64,000 nucleotides of DNA from Lingula anatina (Eukaryota > Animalia > Brachiopoda). Position 1 is the stretch's first letter. The number at the start of each line of letters is the position of its first letter. The DNA lies in assembly GCA_051362555.1 (NCBI GenBank), contig CM120641.1, positions 46,320,401 to 46,384,400 on the forward strand, given 5' to 3'. Below are positions 1 to 17,000 of this stretch, one piece after another. The position numbers and the translations under genes are program-made. Under the pieces are notes generated by a model, which searched no databases, was not told the DNA's origin, and saw only the letters and a list, made by a program, of their open reading frames with translations.

Positions 1-1345
1 CCACCTGTCTTTTGATGCAGTTTCTGAGACAAATAATAAATTTATGATTAAAGTAAGCGTGACTGAAAGTATACGTTTATTTCAGACACCTGTAGTAATT
101 CATTGGAGGTTAAGAGGTTTTGCCAAAATAAACCTCGTCTTATTAAAAGCCTGATAATTTCTTACTGGGCTTTTTCATAAATAATGCAGTTGGATTTTGT
201 TGCTTCGGCAGTGGAGTTAAGACCCCACCCCCCTTTAAGATCCTGGATACAGCTGTATTGGTCACTTATTGCCCTATGTAGCCAGATAAATCCAGATTTA
301 TAACTAGTAGAACATTAAAATGCTATGTCCATATTTACTGACAGAGTCTGAGAGAGAGTTTGGTTAATATTTTACAGTTGGCACTAGTTTGACATGTAAA
401 TATACTGCAACCTGGTTAAATTTTAACCTAAGTGAATGAGATACAGTTGGTTTGCAGGAATGTACTTTTTTATCTTTCTTCATGATATATAGATTTTTCG
501 CCTTTGAATGAACATTACCATTACAACCTTGTGATGTTAGTAACTTACGATAGCAAGTCAAAGTGGAACGAAACAAGATATCAAATTCTAATGTATAGCG
601 AGGCAAATTGCCAAGTATTAAAAAGTATCGAAACCGAAAGCAATAGGTTTTTTTTTAGCAGAGCGCTTTTGACTAGCTTGGCTGTGTGCCCAGAAATGTT
701 TTGTTCGAATTCATCATTATGATGTGTGTGATTGAGGTTAGACTGAGTACACTTTTCTTCTGTAGGAATTATCATGTACTGAAGTAATGCAGATACAATA
801 TCTTTCCATTTGAAGGTCTCCTGTGTCAGAGCATCATGTGCTTTAGCACACTTTAGCCAGGTCTCTGTCACCTGTGTGTTCAACAAGTACTTGGGATATT
901 GACATGTGGAGTGAAATTGTGTTTGCATACAGTCTGGAGTGTCATTATGGTCAATATCTCAGGGGGGAGGGGGGGGGGGCACGTGTTGTGTGTGTGTTGA
1001 TGGGGAGGGTTTCATAAGTACATATTACTCCTACCAATGGCAATTACAAGTGAACAAAAGCATTCATTTAATGCCCCTCCTAAATATAGTCATAACTTCA
1101 GAGTTTATTAAAGGGAGACATTGAAGATAAAGGTTTTATAATAACTTTATTCCCAGAAACCTTCCAACTTTTGAAAAAATGAAATTTTCAAAAATATTTC
1201 TCAATATCACAAATGGAGCAAATGGGGACCAATTAAATATTTAAAGTTGAATGCCTACTTTTTTATAATTTTGCTATTACACAACATGTCATTTGCAATT
1301 TTAACTTCATTGGTTTTTAATTGTTTTTACTGAATATATTTTCAG

Positions 1346-4300
1346 ACAGTGACTCCAGAAAACTTCCTGAGTGTATTGCAAGGTAACAAGAAGGCTCTTG
1401 GCAATCTGGGCAGTGGGAAGGTGATTAACAGGTAGGTGCTTCAGAGAGAAACCTTGGTAAACTTGGTTAGTAAAAACATTTTGCATTTTACTTTTGATAC
1501 ATAACTAGGGTCATTAGAATGACTCTCCAACATACCATAAAGTTTTCACTATGGAGTTTATTGGAAAGAATTGTTTTCTCATTATAACAGTATCAGTGTG
1601 TTTAGAATATGTATTCATTTCAGTGGGCCCAATGACCACATATTTGTCAACTTTGTGGACCATGGTGGACCAGGGGTGCTGGCATTTCCTCGTGGGGAGG
1701 TATAATAATTGATCTGATATTGGAATTAATTGATTGAAATATGATGAAATCACTCTAAAGATTTCATGCAATTGAAAAAAATATCATTGTTTATTGTTAG
1801 TAGATAAGCAACCTGCATTTTTTTGCTCACACAGTCCATAATTTTATCTTTGTCACATTTAAATGCACCATTTTTTCTTTTAAACATGAATAAGATTTAA
1901 ATTCAAGTTCTCTTCATTTTAGCTTCATGCCAAGGCTTTGAACAAAGCTTTGAAAGACATGTATGATAAAAAGAAATTTGCAAAGGTAAGATGATGTATT
2001 TTCCCAGAAAGATTGTTCATGAAATAAAAGGTACGCAAAAAGGTCCATAAGAGGTTTTTAAAAATTAATGCTTTCTAAAGGGTAATCACTTCAATAGGGT
2101 CAACAGATATAATACAAAAGGAACTTAATGCATCATCCTTTAGATTGGGTTAAGAAGAAAAAAGTATCTATAACATACATAGTATTTTTAAGATGGGATT
2201 TAGATGGAGGGATGGTCTTCAGATTACTCAAAAAATTGTTTATTGCATCATTTTCATATGTACATGTATTTATATAAAACCATACAATGATATAAAAGTA
2301 TATAAAACCAAACAAAGCAGAAGTTTATCAACACTGTTTCTTTATTGTGTTGAATATTTAAAAATTGAAAAAAAAAAATTTTTTTCACAGATGGTGCTGT
2401 ACATAGAAGCTTGTGAATCTGGCTCAATGGTGGCTAACCTCCTGCCGAAGAATATTAATGGTACAAAATTCATAAAATGCACCAAATTGCTTTCAATTGT
2501 TATAGTAATTAAAAAGAAATGGGACATGTACAACATGATTTACTTTGCGTGTGTGTGTGTGTGTTTGTGTGAATAGCATTTTTCACTGCAGTCTAAATAT
2601 GTCAGGCTTATTGTAATTTTGGTTGTTTCAGTGTATGCAACTACTGCTTCCAACCCCAAGGAATCCTCCTATGCCTGTTTTTATGACAAGGAAAGAGAAA
2701 CATACTTGGGGGATGTCTACAGTGTCAAATGGATGGAAGATTCTGATAAAGTAAGAATGTAAATTTGAGCTTTGTCAGACTGTATTTACTTTATATTTAA
2801 TCAAAGTACTAAAAAAAAACATTTTTTTCTGTTAAGAACAATTATTTAGCAAACCAACACATAAACTTTAATTTTAAGAAATTGGTATCATCATAATTAA
2901 TGCCTTCAAATTTGATTTTAGGAAAATCTCCAAAAAGAAACCCTTAAGAAGCAGTTTCGCATTGTGAAAGAAGAAACAAACACGAGTCATGTTATGGAAT
3001 ACGGAGATCTGGTAAGAGAGTTAATTTGGCTTTAGAACATTCAGAATGTCTTAAGCTGTTTTTTTTTTCAGCCTAATTAAATCTTTTTCCTCTTTTTCCA
3101 TTTTGTTAGAAAATCTGGGATGGGGCTGGGTCTTCTTGTTTAGCTGTCAGAAAGTCTCGTCCCCGATGATGAATCAAGCTGGCTGTCATGGGCCACAAGT
3201 AATAAGATTTATTTTTCATAAAAACTTGAGTAGGGACATTTAGCTATGTTTAACAAACATTTTTAGTTCTGATCTGGTGGTCCAAAGTCACCTGGTCTAC
3301 CTATAATATTAAGTATAGGCTCTATTGGCCTGAAGCAAATACGGTAATGCACTATCAAAAGGTATCTTTACACTTCATTGTTTTTTCCAGTCTATAGCGG
3401 AATCAACTGTGGCAGAGTTCCAGGGAGGCAAGGCAACGCCACCTAAGGAGTATCCCCCAGTCCCTGTAAGTGTGAACAAGATTTCTGCTTTTCAAAGACA
3501 AGATTAAGCAGTGTCTGTGCTTTTCTCAAAGCTGGCTTTTATTTAGATTTTTGTAAATGAAATGAAATGAAAGTTACACTGTTGTTCTTTTAAGCTGTTT
3601 TGAGGTCATAAAAATAATAACCCTGAAATGATAATAGTCTAAATATTTTAGCCTTGTAGTATAATTTTTTGCAATATCAGCAGAAGAAAATTATATTTTT
3701 TCGGCTTTTTTTGAACAAAATTAATTTGCAGCCCAATGACTTAAGGCTGATGTACCAACAAAAAAAACTGTACTTTACATCTGTTTTCCTTTTAGCTGGA
3801 CGCCGTGCCTTCCCCTGATGTTCCCATGGCTATTCTGTACCACAGACTGGAGGCTGCCAAAACTGAGGAACAGAGAGAAGAAATTAGACAAGAGATGGAA
3901 AAAATACAACTAGTAGGTCTTCACAGAAATTTAACTGTCACTCATAAAAGTGAGAAGTATACTTGAAACAAAGTAGATTATTCAGAAAAAAAACAAAAAG
4001 TTGCTGTCTTAATGACTTTTGTATTGCATTTCTGTATATGTGTGTGTGTGTGTATGCGCGCGCGCTCATATCTTGTAGTAACAGATTCTATATTGCAAAT
4101 ATTTCAGAATAAGGATAAAGTCATGATTACTATGAAACACATAGCAGGTTATGCAACTAAAGATCATGTTCAGGCGGCCAGAGTCCTGCAGTCACAACTT
4201 CCTTTAATCAAACATGACTGCTATGAACCTGTGGCAAGACATTTCCTCAGTGAATGCTTCAAAGTCAGTGAGGTAAGTTACACTGGTTCTCAACTTGACT

Positions 4301-4556
4301 GTTTCAAATATATATGTGACTTGAAAATGACTTAAATCTTACATTTGTAATTTGAAAACTTATAAAGTGTGATATGTGAAGTGTTATTTGTTGATGCCAA
4401 ATCTTCTTGATGACATTACAGAATGAATATGCCCTACGCCACCTTTACGTCCTAGTAAACCTTTGCCAGGAAAATGTACCACAAGAAACTATCATAAGTG
4501 CCATGGAGAAAGCATGCAAGAAGGTGGAGTTACCAGATCTTCATGGCAGCCTCTAG
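1346..4556 (+). CDS. LGMN: Legumain / asparaginyl endopeptidase (peptidase C13), 3' part; 5' exons not found in the window
   Basis: GT-AG exons in frame: 1346-1431, 1624-1699, 1923-1985, 2391-2460, 2632-2750, 2922-3011, 3391-3465, 3796-3912, 4108-4272, 4422-4556 (TAG). Translation has the catalytic His motif FVDHGGPG, catalytic Cys motif [35 protein letters not shown], and the C-terminal prodomain [15 protein letters not shown]. Confidence 0.95.
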
Positions 4557-6819
4557 AGTATGAACAGTGATTCCATACCATCCAATTTCTGTCAACATCA
4601 GCTCTGGAGAAGTTAAACATGTCCATGATTTTAACTATTACTTTTATGTTAACTGGATCAATGAAAACTATGTGAAGTGCCATGTGCTATGCAACCAAAA
4701 TATGGGAAGTGCATTTCAATATTTACCAGATCTTCATGCTTTTCATTTAATTGGATTTTTTGTCTCTATGTTAAATTTTGAGTATTTTATAATATGTGCA
4801 TTTTTAATCAACTTCATATCTGTTTCACTTATGGCTATATTTTTATCCAGAGGACTGGTAGTTTTATGGCAAATCCCCAGATAGTATACCACAATTTTAA
4901 ATCGCATTTATTGTTCAAACATTATTTCTCATTGCATTTTTAGACACAGAGCAGTTTAGTTAATTCCTTCGTTAACAGTTTTATTAGTGAACTGAATAAA
5001 AGCAACAATGTGACTCATTTTTAGTGATTTTACAATGGCCTTTAAGATGCGTACAGTGCACTGCAGTATATTGAGCACATGCATTTTATCAGGATCTGTT
5101 ATTAGCAATCCAGTAGTTTTTAAGACATCAATTTGTACAGCTCTTTGCTCTGTAATCATTCCATTGTTCCAAGACCAGATCTGACCCCTCTTTGGTTTAA
5201 CAAAAGTGTTCCATAAAGATTCGCTGTACATCTAAGTGATTGTTTTTTTGTGAAATAGGGGGGGGAGGGTATTTAATTTGGCTGTTTATTAGACACATTT
5301 ATTTCCCACTAATCAATTTTAACATTATATTCCAGAGTTAGATCTGAAACAATTTGTTTAACACGAGTGTTCTGTAATAAAGTTCTGGATGTGTAAGAAT
5401 TTTTTTAAATTTTATTTTGTAATCAAGTTTGATTCATTGTGTCATCATGTTTATATCAAGTGAAATAGTTTTTCATGTTAACAGGACTTTGTCATTCCTC
5501 ATGTCATATCCGAGAATACTAAAACAGAAGTATACTGTGCATGACTAAATTCGATGGCTGTGATTAAAATTTAGGCAATTTTACTATTTATATATGGATG
5601 GTTACTAATTAGATGGAAATAAATAATTTATAATAAGTAATTTCATCTTTTCTGTTTCAATTGTGAATGCAGACATCCCATTTCAACTCCTGCAGCAAAG
5701 ACAGATATTTTAGTTTCTTTTGTTTTTGCACTCCCTAAAAACTTAACTATGTATTAACAGCATGTATCTGCCATGTCCAGTTTCGGCAAACAAATACTAC
5801 TACAAATGTGCCCGCCTTTCATAATTTGAGATTAAACACTGACAATAATTAGGGAAGCTCCTTTAAATCTCTAAAACTCTAGGCATTAAGTGTGAAAGTT
5901 TAGTGAAAGGAATAAGTCTCAAAGTAACTTCAAATTGAGTATTGTGACAGTAAAAGTAAATTAACAAACTCATTTTGCACATTTTAAAAACAAGATATAA
6001 TTTTGTGGCAAACACTTTGCAGCCACCATTATAATATAGAAAAACATTACATATATGTAGACATGTTCACTTTCAGGTGAATTGATATCTGGTGCATATA
6101 AAGTTCTGGTAACACATTAATCATTTATGTACAAACCTGCACTCAACAAACCATCAATTTTACATTTTCTAACCTATGAAATATTTTTTGTCAGTTTGCC
6201 AATAACCAGCTGCTGTCATAAAATGTGTTGTTTCCCCTGCCATATTTAGAAAAGGTGTCTATTGTACCCTTGTTAAAATCAAACAAGCTGGCAAACAGCA
6301 TTAAATAATAGGAAAGCTGCTTCAATCATGACAAACTCCAGTCACAATTACCCCAGTGACAGTAAATATTTACAACATTTTATACAATTCTAAGTCTTAG
6401 TTTGAAGATGACCCCCCCTTGCCCTATTATTGGCAGGTAACTGACAAATGCTCACAGACTTTAAAATAAATAGGTTACGATATATGATTACAATCTAAAC
6501 TTCACAGTCTGTTTTATACTCCAAAGCCTGCTATACAGAAGTCTCTTGAATGGTCAAGATAACCAGCAGAAAAAGGTATCACCTATCACAATGTCAAACC
6601 ATTTGACTATGTACACTACAGTCTATTCCTGATACTACACCAGAGGGCTGCTGGCAATATAAATACTAAAATTGTCAGAGGTTGTGAAACACACACACAA
6701 AAAAATAATAATAAAAATAAAAAACTAGACAACTGCGAGTTGCCAACCAACTGCTGATTGTGATGTGTGTTCCAATGACATCTAATTGTAAATAATGGGA
6801 CCTATTTCTTGTGGTGAAA

Positions 6820-9730
<2,911 letters not shown>

Positions 9731-12457
9731 ATGGGTGCCCAGTGTACCAGGACAGATTTCGAATGGGTGTATACACAAGAACCCCATGCGACAAGGCGAA
9801 AAGAAATACTTGGTAAGAAGGTTTACAAGGGAGATTTAAATATATCTAACTGATTAAACTAGGGTCCTTAACGATATGCAAGAATTTAAACTTTGAAGTT
9901 GATATTGAGCCGAACTTCTCTTGATTATATAAATGTGCTACATGTACTCTTTGTTTTAGATATTATATAGGGATATTAATATAGTTTCATAACTTGAAAA
10001 TGTGAAACCCGACTGTTAATGTTGTGTAAGGTGGGATGGGATCATTCTCTGGACGCGTAACTTGCATAAGGGCAATTTTATAATCACGAAGCTTTTGTCA
10101 AGATTAAAGATGATTCTGAAGAAGCATATAAAATTGTCTTTAAGCAAGCATCTAAGTAGCAAAATTCTAAAATCAATTCCAAAGCAGTGGTCAATGTAAT
10201 AGAAGTCCTCCTATACACTTTTTTGTTAAAATATTTGCCATGTATATGGTTGATAAGTTACTGGTATTAGATGGAAATGGTTTAATTGGATGCACTTGCC
10301 CTATAAACTTTATAATTTAATGAATGTACCCAAGTCAGATCTAAATTACTTTCAATCTAACTTACTAGAGGTATGTTCTGTGAAATGCCTTCATCACATG
10401 ATCTGAAATTGATTATTTTCTTTCTCCCTACTGAAGTGGGTGTGGCACACATGCTTAATCATATGTTAGGTTTAATATTTACAGTCAGGTAGCATTTATC
10501 TGCCTTTATTTTAGATTAAATTAAAATTTTTTCACTGTTACTTGTCATTTTACACTATTTTTTCTTATTTTCTTTCAGCAAAGTATCCTGAGGTAAAACA
10601 GCTGATGGGGATTGACCCCAAGCTAAAGTATATAGTTACAACAATGGTGTTAGCCCAAGTGGTAACAGCTTATTTCATGAGAGATGCATCATGGGGACTC
10701 ATACTACTAGTGGGTTATTGCTGGGGTGGTGTAATAAACCACTCCATGACTTTAGCCATTCATGAGATATCACATAATCTTGCTTTTGGACACTCCAAGC
10801 CACTGTGGAATCGTTTTCTAGGAATGTTTGGAAATCTTCCCCTTGGGATTCCATACTCCATCTCTTTTAAGAAATATCATCTAGAGCACCACAGATACCA
10901 AGGAGATGATGAACTTGATGTTGATATCCCCACCAAACTTGAAGGCAGACTTTTCCATTCGACATTTACTAAGTTCATATGGGTGCTCCTACAGCCTTTC
11001 TTTTATGCACTGCGCCCATTGTTCTTGAGACCAAAGAAGATAGAAATGTTGGAAGTTATAAACTTCCTTATGCAGCTTGTATTTGATGTTCTTATCTACT
11101 ATTTCTTTGGCTGGCGTTCACTGGCTTACTTGGTTTGTGGCACTTTTCTTGCCATGGGTCTTCACCCAGTTGCTGGGCATTTTATCTCTGAGCACTATAT
11201 GTTTAAGAAGGGGTACGAGACCTACTCGTACTATGGCATCCTGAACTGCATCACTTTCAACGTGGGTTACCATAACGAGCATCATGACTTCCCTAATGTG
11301 CCTGGTTGTAATCTACCCAAGGTAAGATCTTTTTGTTAAAGATTTTCTTCAAATAGTATGCTCTTTCAGACAAATATAAAGATTTTATCAGCTTAGAAAT
11401 CACTCATTGACATTTTTGTCTTCTGTACAAAATATATTTCTTCCAGTTACTGGTTGATTTTTATTAAAGTTTTCTTGATCTAGTTTGAACAATTATTATT
11501 TTGCAACTTAACGGCTGTTTGGAAGTCATTACATATTCACACCATGTGACATTAAACTAAAAAAAATAGTTTTTAATGATCTAAGTAAATGTTTTTCCCT
11601 AAACAACATTCCAGTCTCCAAGTCATTATTTTATGATTAATTTCTAAACAAATGGGAGGAAGGAGACAACTTTGCTATCAGAGCATGAGTAAAAGCAGGC
11701 GTGTCAGGTGTTGTGAGCTCAAACACGTATTCCCTGCATGATGATAAACATGCTTTACCTGTACTCTGCTCACTGCAGCGTGATTTGTTTGTTTGAGCCA
11801 GACAAATTAAATCTGCAGATCAGGCACTGAATGAATACTAGTGTGTGCATTTCTGCACTGCCAAGTGCAATTTTATAGTGATTTAATCTTGTTAGCATTC
11901 TCCTCAAGCCAGCAAAAGATTTTGAGACAAAAGTCACAGTAATTATCTCTAAATTTGAACAGAATAAATCAGTTTAGTTTAGTATTCCCAAAACAAAACT
12001 TTTCAATGTTCCTTATAACGCAAATCTGAATTTTTTGTGTTCCGAAATATCGATTTATCCTAAAAGAAGAATAGATATATTTAAAAGTTAAGAGTAATAA
12101 CCCCATGCAGCCTTCAGCTTTAACAAGCTGTTGACAAAATTTTGGAAAAAAAACTTTCTTCATTATTCACACCAGAAAAAAATGTTTAAAACATTCTCTC
12201 TCTCTCTCTCTCTCTTAAATAAGTGATAAGGAGGAGACATGTTCTGTGTAATGTGTAGGATAACCATGTTGATATCTGACATTGTTCTCTCATTTCAGGT
12301 CAAAGAGATAGCACCAGAGTACTACAACAATCTACCCTGTCACCACTCCTGGTCTAAAGTCATATGGGACTTCATCACTGACCCTGACATTGGTCCATAC
12401 GCCCGTGTCAAGAGACCGGCTCAGTTCTCCCAGGGGACACAGACAAAGAGCGGTTAA
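9731..12457 (+). CDS. DEGS1: Sphingolipid delta(4)-desaturase / C4-hydroxylase (DES1/DES2 family), 327 aa
   Basis: Exons 9731-9812, 10579-11321, 12299-12457. N-terminus [27 protein letters not shown] and three His boxes HEISH, HLEHH, HNEHH. Confidence 0.96.
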
Positions 12458-14066
12458 AATCACTTGACTAACACTGTGCTATTATAGTGAAAATTGAAAT
12501 TTCCAATGAAGCCACCCTCAAAATGGAAATAGAGGACTGTTCATTAACACCCGGGACAGTAAAAATCAGAAATAAGAAGCTCAAAACAAGGTTGATAGAG
12601 ACTGTTAAAAAGAAAAAATTGCTTAAATTCTTAGAAAAATGTTTTACTGTATAAAAGTCTAACGTGCTTTGTGTCTTCTATCATTGTGTTAAGAAACATT
12701 CAGTTTTATACATCTTTAAGAGAACTTCATCTCTTTGGTGATGGTTTCAAGATATTTTGGCTTCTTGATTCAGTATTATTAAACTAATGAGAGCTTAGAT
12801 TTTTTTTGAGACTGCTTTTTATACCTTTATTATAAGCCGTGATTAACTTTTGTATTTCATTTTTATGGTGCATAGATGTTTTGTGTTGCAAAGAAGTCTT
12901 GTACTTTACTTAAATGATAAAAAATAGATAATAAATAAAAAATGTGTCCATTAAATGTTTGAAAATTATTTAATCTCTATTTGTTCCCCTTTTCTTATGG
13001 AAATTATAACTGAATTTTTACTGTTCAGTAATGATAGGAGTAAAGAGTGAAACACCTTTATCTTTAATTCATGTTCCCAAACTTAAATCAGCATGATTTG
13101 AAAAATCTAACCTAAAGAAGTCCCATTTTTGGTTGTCAGATGTGCCAAATAAGTGTATATGTCTCCAATCATTTGGTCACTTGTAAAATGTAATCCAGAA
13201 ATACTCGATATTTTTTTTCATACAGTGCAAAATGTGTTGCTTTGCCTCCATGTACAAATTTTAACTAAAAAAATAATAAAACTAATTTGCTACTTTCAAC
13301 CTCTCTTTTTGTGTTTTATCTAGTATGAATACATTTAAATGACTGTATGTAGTTGTAAGTGTATGAATCTGATTGCAGGGATGGGTCAAGAAATGATTCA
13401 CAAATCTGGGGAATTAAATTTTTTTTCTGAAGGAAAAATAATTTTGGTGGGCAAGTCCTGTTTAAAGTACCTTTAACATTAGTAAATTTTGAAAATTTTA
13501 TCTTTGTTATATTATATATAGTTTGCACCAATTCAATGCCACCTTTGCCCCTAAAATGATAAAGTTGCCACATATGACAGAGGCTTGGCAGCTATGAGGG
13601 AAGAAAGGCACAGGTGGTTGGCAGAGTTACCTAGTGTCTTTAAGAGAGCAGGCAAAAAAAAAAACTACAAAAGAAAAGTCAATTAGTTAACTGTTTGATC
13701 CACTTACTTCAACATTATCTATTTATTTACAATGAAATATCTGCCATAATGGTTCACATTTATTGAATTGCATCATTAGCATTAGCAGCTTCTCTCTTTA
13801 AACGGAAGAAAAAGTTGAGCGACCAGACGAAATGCTAAACAAGCACTGTTCACTTCTGACAAATAAACCATAAGAGAGGGTCAGTGGATGAAACAATTTA
13901 TCACTGTCCTCTTTTTCCTTCCTAATCTGCACCACATCGTCCTGTGTAACAAATGTTTTATCCCCAGTTAGAGGTCCTCTACAATGAGCTCATGGCTGAA
14001 GTTGACATGGTCCTCATCTCTCTGGGAGTGCCAGGAAGGGGAGAGAGGGGGGGCATCACAGTGCCT

Positions 14067-17000
14067 CTAGTATCCATACTTTGCATTCAAATGGGTCTTT
14101 CCATCTCCTGACTGATCTGTAAAAAGCAGTAAGTACACATGAATATAGATACTTCTTAATGATTTTTTGGTGAAATAAAGTAATCATGCCTTTACAGTTT
14201 GCATTTCAGGTGATAATATATATTTTGAATTTTGCAAGTATTAGAAATAAATCCAAAAAGTCCTTGCCATAGATATATTGATGTCAGTTAATAATGAATG
14301 ATCTAATAAAAGCAGTGCAGACTATTATAATATTAAAGATCTCCATATTTGTAAAAGAGAAGAAAAGTTATTTCCAATTAATAAAAAATTTGATCAACCA
14401 TTGTAAAATGGGGACTAATTTCAGGCCCTACAATAAACTTATTACATATTTTGGTGAACACCAAAAATCAATTTTAGTAAATGGAACATGGATTAAGACT
14501 ACAGACTCATGGATATATTCATATAAATATAATTAATCAAGTTAAATAATTAAATATTATATCTTGGACAGCAAACCAAGGAAAGGAGTTGTGACAATCA
14601 GAGGAAGAGAGAAAGTTAATAAAACTAACCAGATGGGGGCAGCCATACTTGGAAATCAGGATCATCTTCAGGGTAAGAGGATTTATCCTCACTGCCTCTG
14701 GGCTTTTTGGGTCTCTAAAAAACATACAAATATAATCATAAGATGAACAGAATTAATATTTAATAAGAATGCATGAAGAATTTACTGAAAAGTACTCAAC
14801 ATTTAATTCAAATAGGATTAATAAGGACAAAGTATATACATATATTTGGTCACAAAACAATATACTGAAATGTTAAAAAACAAAGCCAATGAGCCATTTT
14901 TTTTTAAATTTAAAAATCAAATTAATTCTGATGCATCAATACAACAAATCTAGAAATTAAGAATTATTTATTCAATAACAATACTTTCACATTGTCAATC
15001 CAGTATTTACAACCAAAATCAGTGGAGAGTTTATTATTACCTGTCTTCTTTTCTCCTCTGTTTTTCTTTTCACAGCTTGTGCTTTAATTTCTGGTGAAGG
15101 TTGCTGGTTTGTTTCTTCATCATTTGAAGTCCTTGCTAAAATTGGAGAAAATTTGTTTTACAGTCAAAAAAGAGACTGGGTTGAAAAGTTTGGACTATAA
15201 GCTGACATGTATAAAATTTGCACTATAAGTTGACATATATAAACACTATGTCTCTAATACATCTTATACCTGCTAAAGTTCCATATGAAAGCACAAAAAC
15301 TGAGTTCAAATCTCCAGAGCAGCAAAACAGGTCTATTCTCAAATATACCATTTAACATCTGCTCTTTTTCCACTGTCTCCTTAAGATCCATTGCATTCTC
15401 AGTTGGCATTAAAGTTTTCTCATCTGTAATTTCTGCTTTTGCATCTGAATCTCTTGCAACCTCTTCTTCTTCCTCCTCCTCCTCCTCTACTTCCTCAGTG
15501 TCACCAGACACTTTTTCTGATATTTTTGGTGGTGCATTGCTCTGCAGAAAATAAAACAGACTGATTAAACAGAGGTGCATATTTAGCAAACCAAGATGAC
15601 TAAATGATCAAATTGGACCATACTATTAATTAAACCGTTTGGTGCACTGATCTGCAGAAAATAAAAAGCACAATGATTAAATCAAGGTACTTACTTGAGA
15701 AACCAATATGATTTTAAATTATCACATTTGACCAAAATACTGTTTAAACCAATTATAAATGAGTTCTCCACAGAAAAAGTTGTATTGCTCTACAGAAAAT
15801 AAAAACAGACTGAGAAGGTGCATACATACTTTAAATACCAATACTGCTTGAAATCATTACAGTTATACTTCGCCCTTAATATTGATTAAATTGATATATT
15901 ATTTACCCCTAGATAACCCCATCAAAGGTAGGGTTATTATAACGATGCATATGTTTATCAAGAATAAATATTAGAAGTGTTCAATTTATAAACTGTATCA
16001 ATCGCCAGTGCTTTAGAGTATATTTTCTCTGTTCTGAAGATAAATACAATGCCACCCAGATATGGTATTAATATTTAACTGTTACAAGGTTATAACCAGA
16101 CAAACACAAAACAAACATAGTGAAAGAAACAGATTCAATGGCATCCAGAACATATAGCATATCTCAAATATGTATACACACTACCTACCGAAACATCTCT
16201 ATTCATTCTTATTACCTTAGGTGGTGGAGGCTTTAGTGATGTAGGCACTGGGGTAGCTTTCCTCTTCCCAAACATGGGCATGGTCATTTTTGGAGGAGGC
16301 TGGTCTGGTTTAGGGACCACTACAGACCTAATGGTATGTGAATTTATGAGATAACATTTACACAAATTTTTTATTAGTATTAGAGTAATCATTATGCAAA
16401 AACCAACAATTGATTTATAATAATTTTCTCAAAATCAATTTCCCTTCAAAGGAAGTAATCTATTAGCCAAAGGCAACATATTAAAAAAAGGATTTACCAC
16501 AATATCAACATAATATGCTTTACAAGAAAATTGTATTATATTTTTACTGTAACTAAAAAGGAGTCGTAATGGTAGTGAAACCTAAAAAACAACACAACAC
16601 TTCCATCTATGTATTTGTGTGCTGTACTATGTACAACTTTGAAAAATATAAATCAATTCTACATTTATCTTTCAAATTTGAATAAATACTGACATAAATA
16701 TTATACCAACATACTTTTTAACTTCAGGCATATTTGCTGGCTTAGCAATATTTGCCATTTTTGTTAATTTAGCCTGTTCTTGTTTCAGTTCTATCAAACG
16801 TCTTTTGAGGCTCATTTTGGTCTTCGTGTCCATGACTCCTGATTTAATGGCTGACATGTAAGCATCCAGGGCATCTACATCTTCTGCCATAATTTTATCT
16901 TGCTCTGAAACATAACAACAGTTTTTAACTCAGGACTCGAATCAATAACACAAACATTCTTCTTGGTGAATTTGAATATCACACAAATAACTCTTAGAAA

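Noticed and set aside
364-1124. Overlapping short ORFs at the window start
   Set aside because: No recognisable domains or legumain motifs; most likely intronic or TE-derived noise.
11733-11830. ATGATGA C-box in DEGS intron 2 as a snoRNA
   Set aside because: No properly placed CTGA D box together with a terminal stem.
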